In this document: piece by piece, positions 55,708 to 64,000 of the stretch
How the letters are laid out: every line of letters begins with the position of its first letter
How positions within the stretch are numbered: the first letter of the stretch is position 1
Assembly (NCBI GenBank): GCA_964016885.1
Contig: OZ024748.1
Coordinates: 41,044,001-41,108,000 of the forward strand
Source: Eledone cirrhosa
Lineage: Eukaryota
DNA length: 64,000 nucleotides
Direction of reading: 5' to 3'
Made by a program: the position numbers and the translations under genes
The notes under the pieces: generated by a model
Told to the model about the DNA's origin: nothing
The model's database searches: none
Seen by the model: the letters and a program-made list of their open reading frames with translations, nothing else

Positions 55708-57315
55708 TCATCATCATCATCAACGTTTAACGTCCGTGTTCCACGCTTGCATGGGTTTGGACGGGGGGTAGTCCCACTTGAGGCAAGAGTGATTGTCTTG
55801 CTCGCATAGGACTGTCTGGCAGGTTTTTTACAGTTGGATGCCCTTGCTAACACCAACCACGTTTACAGTGTGGGTCTGGGAGGTTTTTACCGTGTTGCCT
55901 ACACGGCCACATTACAGCGTGGACTGTGTGTTTTTTTGTCGTGACACCTACACGATCTCATTTGTTTCGGCCTCGATGGCGCGGCACCAACATAACTTTA
56001 CATAGAACGGGGTGGTGTGGATGGGGTGGGGGTGGGGGTGGTGGGACGGGGTGTATTTTGTTAGAGATGCCTACTGGCTGGAGTAGGTTTTACTATATAT
56101 TTAGGTAAGGCGGGTCTTCTCTGTTACTGAGTACCGCCAAAGGTCTCGGTCCAGTGACATTGTCTTGGAGAGGTGTAAGTGTGTGATGTCGGAGTTTATC
56201 AGCTCGTCCCAGGTTTTTCTAGGTCTGCCTATTCCGTGACTACCGTCTATCTTTATTGCCCTGCACTTTGTTATACAGCTATCGACTTTCATGCGCATCA
56301 CGTGTCCATACCAACGCAGCCTTCTCTCGAGTAAACAACATCTGATCCCTCTTATCTCTAATTTTTTCCTTAGTTCGTTTATGCTTTGCCGTCCACGTAT
56401 ATTACTGTTACACATCCAGCGGAGCATGCAAGCTTCGTTCCTCTCTAGTCTGCGTATATCCTCTGCACACAATGCCCAGGTCTCACTGCCATGCAGCATT
56501 GCTGTTCGTATGCAGGCATCGTACAACCTGTCTTTCATTTTTAGTGAGAACCCTTTAGCAGCTAATAGTGGTATAAGCTCTGAACTTTTTCCAACCAGTT
56601 CTGACTCTAGCTACAGTACTTTCAGAGCACCCTCCCCCACTGCTGATTTTATCGCCCAGGTAACGGAAGCTGTCCACTATTTCTATAGAACCCTCTGCGC
56701 AATTGAAAGAGCTAGTATTTTGTGGGCACTTGCTGCTACTTATTGCACCAGAGCACCAGCCACATGTAAAATCTATGTTCTTAGTTAGCTTACCTGTGAT
56801 CCCACTACATCTTTTATGCACCCATACTTTGCATTTAGGACATAAAATGGAGTTTCTACCTACGCCTTTCCTACACACCGAGCACGACCATTTCCCAGAA
56901 GGGACCGCCGCCTTGTTTTCTTTCCTACAAACTAGTACTTTGGTCTTAGCCAGGTTAATTTTAAGTCCTTTTGACTCTAGGCCGTGCTTCCATGTTTGGA
57001 ATTTCTTCTCTAGCTCGGCCATTGATTCCGCTATGAGTGTCAGGTCGTCTGCGTATAGGAGTTCCCATGGGCAGCCTGTCTTGAACTCCTCTGTTATAGC
57101 CTGAAGGGCAATAATAAATAGTAGTGGGCTGAGAACAGAGCCCTGATGGACGCCAACTTTTACGCTAAACTCTTCACTATATTCGTTGTTAATTCTAACC
57201 TTGCTGACTGTTTCTTTATACATGGCTTGTATAGCCCTCACAAGCCATTCGTCAACGCCTAGTTTTCTAAGAGCCCACCAGATAATGGAGCGGGGGACTC
57301 TGTCGAAGGCTTTCT
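55708..57315 (-). mobile_element. 5'-truncated RTE-clade LINE: RT C-terminal half, PHD-like finger, 3' UTR and (TGA)n tail
   Basis: KAFDRV, GVHQGSVLSPLLF, LLYADD, RRLRWYGHVMR and GRPRKTW. ORFs 56555-57241 and 56101-56538 are joined by a frameshift near 56580. A TCA-repeat tail lies at 55708-55723, and the same TA-rich ~32-bp unit flanks both ends. Confidence 0.92.
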
Positions 57316-57450
57316 TATATAAATATATATCTATATCTATCTATATATATATAAATATATATCTATATCTATCTATATATATATAGATATAGATATATAT
57401 TTATATATATATAGATAGATATAGATATATATTTATATAAGAAAGCCTTC
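57305..57450. repeat. Near-perfect ~146-bp palindrome joining the RTE 5' end to the L1/Tx1 5' end
   Basis: GAAGGCTTTCTTATATAAAT...ATTTATATAAGAAAGCCTTC. Confidence 0.9.
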
Positions 57451-59012
57451 ACAGGGGCTAAGCTGAACCGGGACAAGTCGATCGGTTTGCAACTCGGCAC
57501 GTGGAGGGGCAGACCGATGCCCTCCGATGGCGTCGTCGAACGCTGGACGGAGGGCCCGGTGAAGTTGCTCGGGGTCTGGTTCGGACCGGACCTCCAGGTG
57601 GAGAAAAACTGGGCGGAGGTTACGAACAGGGTGTTTGCACTGACCCAGAAGTGGGCCAGTTGCAAACTATCCCTGAAAGGTCGGGCGGAGGTGGCGAACA
57701 CCTACATAGCGTCCGTCATCTACTACCGCCTGACCGTAGTGCCATGCCCAAGGGAAACCCTCACCAAGATGGAGCGCGCGCTCTTCCAATTCCTTTGGAA
57801 GAGGCGGGCTCCTATGGTGAGGAGATCCATCTGCTGTCAACACCCTTCGAAAGGAGGGCTGGGGATGCCGTGGCTAATGATGCGTAAACACGCATTAAGG
57901 CTACGGCACCTCTACGTATTCCTCACCGGACAACCGGTGTGGGCCTCGTTTGTGAGACGAACCTTTCCCAGACTCGTCTCACTCACCGAGCTGCAATCCT
58001 GGGTCAAGCAAAGACCGAGAAAACTGGGCGCCTGGCACACTGAGTGTGCCCAGGCGCTCACCGCCCTCTGGCAGGCGGATCCGGTTATCAGTGGAGACTC
58101 CACCGCAACATTCTATAGAGGGCTGGTACGCAGCAGGTGCGACGACGCCCTCGGAGAAGCCCTAGACATGGAGGAGGACGAACTGGCCAGCCTGTTCGGT
58201 AGGACATTCAGCTCGGGACCTATGGACAACTTCCAGAAGTCCCTGGCCTGGCAGTGCTACCGAGGGGCTTTACCCGTTCGAGAAAGGCTCTACAGACACG
58301 GGCACCCGGGTAGGGACCCCGCCAAAAAGATCTGTCCCAGATGCGTGTGCGACGAGGAAACCGTTGCACACGCATTGGTACACTGCTCGGGCGTAGCCGA
58401 TCTGTGGGGCTATGTCGAACAACTGCTGTCAAGGGTGGGACCGATCCGGTTGACCACCGAGTCTATTGTAATGATCAAGCCGCCTCCCCCCTTCAAAGAT
58501 GAAGCAGAGGCGGTGTTTCTGTGCGTAATAGCCATGGCGAAAGAGGTTGTATGATGGACGCGTCTGAAAGGACTGAGGTCAGGCACCTTTCTCTCTGGCC
58601 AACAACTGGTCCGTTTCTTCCGATATCATTTCGGAAGAAGGATCAGGATGGAGAGAGAGGTGCTGCACCCCAGCCGTTTTTATGAAAGGTGGGTGAAAGT
58701 GGCGAGAATGGCCTGTGTGAATGGGCCTTCACTCTACATCAGACTATAGGTGAGGAAGATGAAAGACCAAGGGAGCACCCCTTCTCTGTGCTCCTGAGGA
58801 GAAGGGTTGCACACTTTTTTCGGGGGTGTGTGCGACCCCCCAAGGCGCCTCCTCTCTATTGAGGATTTTGTTAAAAATTTTATTTTTTGTTATATCTTAT
58901 TTTATTTTTATATTTTGTTATTGCCTCCTCCTTATTGAGGACGCCTTTTTGTGTAAACTCCCCCCTTTGTACTTGTCCCACTTTTGATGCCCTAGTGGCA
59001 AATAAAAGAAAC
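57451..59012 (+). mobile_element. 5'-truncated L1/Tx1-type LINE, copy 1 (pseudogenised ORF2 C-terminus)
   Basis: LSLKGRA, GGLGMP and the zf-RVT-type CPRC-x8-H-x4-C. A premature TGA at 58552-58554 replaces Trp, and the native stop is at 58747-58749. AATAAA at 59001 is followed by a TA tract. Confidence 0.9.
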
Positions 59013-59371
59013 ATATCTATATATATATAAATATATATCTATATATATATATATATAAATATATATCTATATATATATATATCTATATCTATCTATATAT
59101 ATATAAATATATATCTATATATATATATATCTATATCTATCTATATATATATAAATATATATCTATCTATATATATATATCTATATCTATCTATATATAT
59201 ATAAATATATATCTATCTATATCTATATCTATATATATATATCTATATCTATATATATATCTATATATATATATATCTATATATATCTATATATATATAT
59301 CTATCTATATATATATCTATATATCTATATCTATATCTATCTATATATATATATCTATATATCTATATCTA

Positions 59372-59460
<89 letters not shown>

Positions 59461-59528
59461 ATATCTATCTATCTATCTATCTATATATATATATATCTAT
59501 CTATATCTATCTATCTATCTATATCTAT

Positions 59529-61167
59529 CGCGGAAAGCGGCGTCGGCCTACGCCGACGACGTGACAGTAATGGTGTCGAGCGCCTCGCAAATCGAGGAAG
59601 TCGGCACCTTACTAAAGGAATACGAAAGTCTCACAGGAGCGAAGCTGAGCCGGGACAAGTCCATCGGTTTGCAACTCGGATCGTGGAGAGGCAGACCGAT
59701 GCCTTCCGATGGCGTCGTCGGACGCTGGACGGAAGGACCGGTAAAGCTGCTCGGGGTCTGGTTTGGTCCGGACCTCCAGGTGGAGAAGAACTGGAACGAA
59801 GTGACGGCCAAGGTGTTTGCACTCACCCAGAAGTGGGCCGAGTGCAAACTATCCTTGAAAGGTCGAGCGGAGGTGGCGAACACTTTTATAGCGTCCGCCA
59901 TCTACTACCGCTTGACCGTCGTGCCTTGTCCAGCCAAAACGCTCGCCAAAATGGAGCGCGCCCTCTTCCGATTCCTTTGGAAGAGGCGGGCTCCTTTGGT
60001 AAGAAGATCCATCTGCTGCCAACACCCTTCTAACGGAGGGCTGGGGATGCCGTGGTTGACGATGCGCAAACACGCGCTCAGGCTGCGGCATCTCTACGTA
60101 TTCCTCACCGGACAACCGGTGTGGGCCCCGTTCGTGAGGCGAGCCTTCCCACGATTCGTCTCGCTGACCGAGCTGCAGTCCTGGGTCAAGCAGAGACCGA
60201 GGAAAATGGGCGACTGGCACATCGAATGTGCTCAGGCGCTCACAGCCCTCTGGCAGGCGGACCCGGCGATCAGTGGAGACTCCACTTCGTCATTCTATAG
60301 AGGGTTGGTCCGCAGCAAGTGCGACGACGCGCTCGGTGAAACTCTAGGCGTGGAGGAAGATGAACTGGCCAGTCTGTTCGGTAGGACCTTCCGCCCGGGA
60401 CCGATGGACAACTTCCAAAAGTCCCTGGCCTGGCAGTGCTACCGAGGAGCTCTACCAGTTCGAGACAAGCTCTACAGACATGGGCGCCCGGGCAGGGACC
60501 CTGCAAAAAAGATCTGTCCGAGGTGCGTGCGAGACGAAGAAACCGTCGCGCACGCATTCATACACTGCCCGGGCGTCACTGACCTGTGGGGCTATGTGGA
60601 ACGACTATTGTCGCGGGTGGGACCAATCCAGTTGACCACCGAGTCCATTGTCATGATCAAACCGCCACCCTCCTTCAAAAACGAAGGAGAGGCGGTTTTC
60701 CTTTGTGTGATAGCTATGGCGAAAGAGGTTGTATGGTGGACAAGGTTGAAAGGGCTGAGGTCAGACACCTTTCTCTCCGGCCAACAACTGATTCTTTTTT
60801 TCAAATACCACTTTGGAAGAAGAATCAGGATGGAGAGAGAGGTGCTGTACCCCAGCAAGTTTTATGAAAGGTGGGTGAAAGTGGCGAGAATGGCCCGGGT
60901 GAATGGGCCTTCTCTCTATATCAGCCTGTAGGTTGAGGAAAAGGAGGAGGAGAGGAAAGGAGTACAAGCTCTTCGTACTCCTGGAGATGAGGGTTGCACA
61001 TTTTTTTCGGGGGTCTGTGTTACCCATATAAACTGTCTCCCTCTATTGGGGAAAATCGACTAACTTTTAAATTCCATCTGTGATAACATTTTACACGTTT
61101 TTATTGTATGTAAACTTCCCCCTTTGTATTTGTCCCCTTCTTTTGTGCCCCTGTGGCTAATAAAGAA
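59529..61167 (+). mobile_element. 5'-truncated L1/Tx1-type LINE, copy 2, with an open ORF2 C-terminal frame (59531-60931)
   Basis: The frame begins [11 protein letters not shown] (RT YADD) and includes [18 protein letters not shown]. It is paralogous to copy 1. AATAAA at 61159, and both ends abut TA/CTAT microsatellite. Confidence 0.92.
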
Positions 61168-61308
61168 ATATATCTATATCTATCTATATATCTATCTATC
61201 TATATATATATATCTATATATATATATATCTATATCTATCTATCTATATATCTATCTATCTATATCTATCTATATATATCTATCTATATATATCTATCTA
61301 TATATCTA

Positions 61309-61353
<45 letters not shown>

Positions 61354-61423
61354 ATATATCTATATATATATATATATAGTGACGAAACATAAGTCAATTG
61401 CATGAACTCATAATCCTTTATTT

Positions 61424-61479
61424 ACTGCTATATATATTTCGATGATAGCCATTGAATGGCTATGACCTCATCAGGCAGT
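61424..61479 (-). ncRNA. Type-I hammerhead ribozyme with an intact core (best candidate)
   Basis: The minus strand reads ACTGC-CTGATGA-GGT C ATAGCCAT(TCA)ATGGCTAT C ATC-GAAA-TATATA-TA-GCAGT-AAATAAA. It has a 5-bp stem I, a G-C-closed long stem II, a minimal palindromic stem III and an AUA cleavage triplet. Confidence 0.8.
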
Positions 61480-61559
61480 TAGTCAGTTCTTAGATATGCC
61501 AGCTCTGTGTTTATAGTGTTGATGGTATCAGACCCTTTATATATCTATATCTATATATA

Positions 61560-62389
61560 TATTCATTAGTTAAGCAAAACAAGACCACAAACTTCACAAG
61601 GAAGACATTATTAAAAGATTGTCAACATATTTTAGTTTGATGTAAGGAATGTAGAGAATAATAATAATAATATTAATAATAATAATATTAATAATAATAA
61701 TTATTCCTACTTTAGGCACAAGGCCAGCAATTACCCAGTGCATTACTGGTACTTTTATTTTATCGACCCCGTAAGGATGAAAGGCAAAGTCAACCTTGGT
61801 CCGTTTACAATTGCTTCGCTACTCATATAATTGTTTCTATTTTAGGCACAAGGCCAGCAATTACCCAGTGCATTACTGGTACTTTATTTTATCGACCCTG
61901 TAAGGATGAAAGGCAAAGTCAACCTCGGCGGGATTTGAACTCAGATCGTAAAGGGACGTAACTATGCTAGAAAGCATGGCGTTCGACCCTCTACTGATAC
62001 TGCCAATCCACCGCTACTCAGATGACTATATATCATAATTGATCTGGGATGCAACCAAGACACCATAGTAAAAACCAATATATGGAACATTATATTATGT
62101 AACATTATCCCATTATTTTAATTTATATTCCTTTGAAGTTCCGATGAGCCACTCTGTTTTTTAAATATGTTAATTATTTTCAACTGAACCAGATCAATTA
62201 TGATATATAGTCATCTGATCCAGAAATATTATATGGAGTAGCGAAACAATTGTAAATGGACATTATTATTATTAATATTATTATTATTATTCTCTACATT
62301 CCTTACATCAAACTAAAATATGTTGACAATCTTTTAATAATGTCTTCCTTGTGAAGTTTGTGGTCTTGTTTTGCTTAACTAATGAATAT
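61560..62389. mobile_element. Fold-back element (left arm 61560-62048 interrupted by SINE pieces; right arm 62189-62389) with a degenerate hammerhead
   Basis: The ~125-bp outer arms are near-perfect. Inner segments 61799-61832 and 62018-62047 also pair with the right arm. CCGATGA-GCCACTC...GAGTAGC-GAAA-CAATTG-TA lies at 62141-62254. Confidence 0.7.
61703..62015 (-). mobile_element. Two tandem SINE fragments (61703-61800 and 61832-62015)
   Basis: Duplicated TTTAGGCACAAGGCCAGCAATT...TTTTATCGACCC.GTAAGGATGAAAGGCAAAGTCAACCT. The second copy includes a reverse B-box (GGATTTGAACTC). Confidence 0.75.
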
Positions 62390-62475
62390 TTCCAGCTCTG
62401 CACACCTAACTTCTGCATGAACCCAGCCACCAAGCTGCTTTCTACTGCATATTTCACATTATATATATATATATA

Positions 62476-62510
<35 letters not shown>

Positions 62511-62519
62511 ATATATATA

Positions 62520-62663
62520 TACTACTGTATGTCTGTATACATATATGTATGTACGTGTAGATACTTATATTTAAGTAACAGCTGTACTAAGAGTGGGAAA
62601 TGAAATTTTGTTTCATTTTTTCCGTTTATATATATATATATATCTATATCTCTATATATATAT

Positions 62664-62735
<72 letters not shown>

Positions 62736-63160
62736 ATATATATATATATATCTATATCTATATATAAGTATGTATACGTACATACATATGTATACAGACG
62801 TTACAGTAGTATGTATATATATATACATACATGCACACATATATATATGTACGTATGGATTCACTGAACATTTATTATAATGCTCGGTGTGTTTGTAAAC
62901 AAACATCCCGTATTAAGCCTTACAGTGTCTAGCAACCATCGTTGCTCATTTGTTCAACGCTGACAAAGGAACACTGTACTAGTTTCAATGTTCGGTGAAT
63001 CCATACGTACATATATATATGTGTGCATGTATGTATATATATATATATACATACTACTGTACGTCTGTATACATATATGTATGTAGGTATAGATACTTAT
63101 ATTTAAGTAACAGCTGTACTAAGAGTGAGAAATGAAATTTTGTTTCATTTTTTCCGTTTA
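62520..63160. repeat. Direct plus inverted repeat arrangement: 62520-62630 = 63052-63160; 62766-62872 inverted to 62987-63102
   Basis: Seen by direct comparison. The spacer carries GAAA-CTAG-TA-CAGTG on the minus strand (62972-62986). Confidence 0.8.
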
Positions 63161-63409
63161 TATATATATATATATATATATGTGTGAGAAAAACCACAGA
63201 CCCTCCATCTCAACTCTACTTTTGAAAAGCTGAAGAACTGCGAAACCGGTAAAGGAACCAAATAAATATATTTTTTCTAAAATAAGACTCCAGTTGCATT
63301 TTCGATTTCATCTTTTTTTCTTTATACTTTCACTCGTGTAGGACACCTCGGTTATTTTTCATTTTGTAAAAAAAACCTCACTTTCTAATATATATATATA
63401 TATATATAT

Positions 63410-64000
63410 ATTGTTATACTTTGGGAGGGTCATGTTGCCAATAAGAAACACACGCACCAGTTGCTTTCACTTCAATTTATTATAATAAATTTATAAATTT
63501 AGGAATTTATAAATTTCCGGTTGGTTGGTTGGTTCCACAACCAGGTGGTTGTTTATATATTGTCAAAGTTCTTTCGTCACACATTCTGTGACCTCTTCAG
63601 TGACTGGGGATTCTTTTCTTTGTTTTTTGTGCTTCTCCTTTGTTCTGTCCTACGCCATCTTGTTTTTGTGTGTGTGTTGTGTGCTTAGTTTGCGCATGTG
63701 TTACATCCGGGTGTCTGTGTGTGTTTATATTCGTTTATTTATTTGTTTATTTACATGTTACAGGTTGGTTGTTTGTTCTATGTGCGTGTGTGTTTTCATT
63801 TTGTCCTTAATTGTAAGTTGTGATGTTGCTGTTCCATTCATGTTTTCTATTTAATTTTGGTTGTAATTCATTTATGTTTATTGCCTCTGTGAATTGTCTA
63901 AACATTGCGTCTTTTCTGTGTGTAGATTCTCTAATTTACCCTTATGTTCTATTTTAGCATGTTGGTAGAGTACAGATGATTCTTTACTATCTTGAAGGTC
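63410..64000 (-). mobile_element. Penelope-like retroelement 3' end: frameshifted GIY-YIG endonuclease C-terminus plus pLTR with a hammerhead; runs off the right edge
   Basis: The minus strand from 64000 reads DLQDSKESSVLYQHAKIEHKG, then after a frameshift RKDAMFRQFTEAININELQPKLNRKHEWN. This matches the S.L..H....H / RQ..EA..I....LN.K.EW pattern of PLE endonucleases. The 3' end abuts (TA)n. Confidence 0.75.
63562..63604 (-). ncRNA. Candidate type-I hammerhead ribozyme (paralogue of 52827-52869)
   Basis: The minus strand reads GTCA-CTGAAGA-GGTCACAGAATGTGTGAC-GAAA-GAAC-TT-TGAC, on the same strand as the GIY-YIG remnant. Confidence 0.6.

Noticed and set aside
56009-56052. G-quadruplex-like GGGGT runs (also the GA-rich 54470-54700)
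   Set aside because: Ordinary low-complexity tracts with no evidence of function.

Overview
AT-rich animal genomic DNA, probably cephalopod/Octopus-like (inferred from recalled SINE and RTE terminal motifs, not verified). Bases 1 to ~40.4 kb are one uninterrupted 20-bp satellite (~2,000 units) with kb-scale internal duplications. At 42.4-47.0 kb lie the last three coding exons of a minus-strand PP2C-like-domain gene (Drosophila CG9801-type), with canonical splice sites and matching phases. The upstream exons were not found, so 47-64 kb is probably one large intron. That interval holds a 41-bp minisatellite and (TA)n/(CTAT)n tracts packed with retroelements: an RTE LINE with a PHD-like finger, two 5'-truncated L1/Tx1-type LINEs, SINEs, and several fold-back (long inverted repeat) elements. 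The main hidden signal is that these fold-back and short inserts carry minimal type-I hammerhead ribozyme motifs (CTGANGA-stem II-GAAA-short, often palindromic stem III-TH). One sits directly downstream of a frameshifted Penelope-type GIY-YIG endonuclease C-terminus at the window end. This points to a dense cluster of several apparently distinct Penelope-like/retrozyme-like ribozyme-bearing elements. All family calls come from manual motif recognition, with no database searches.
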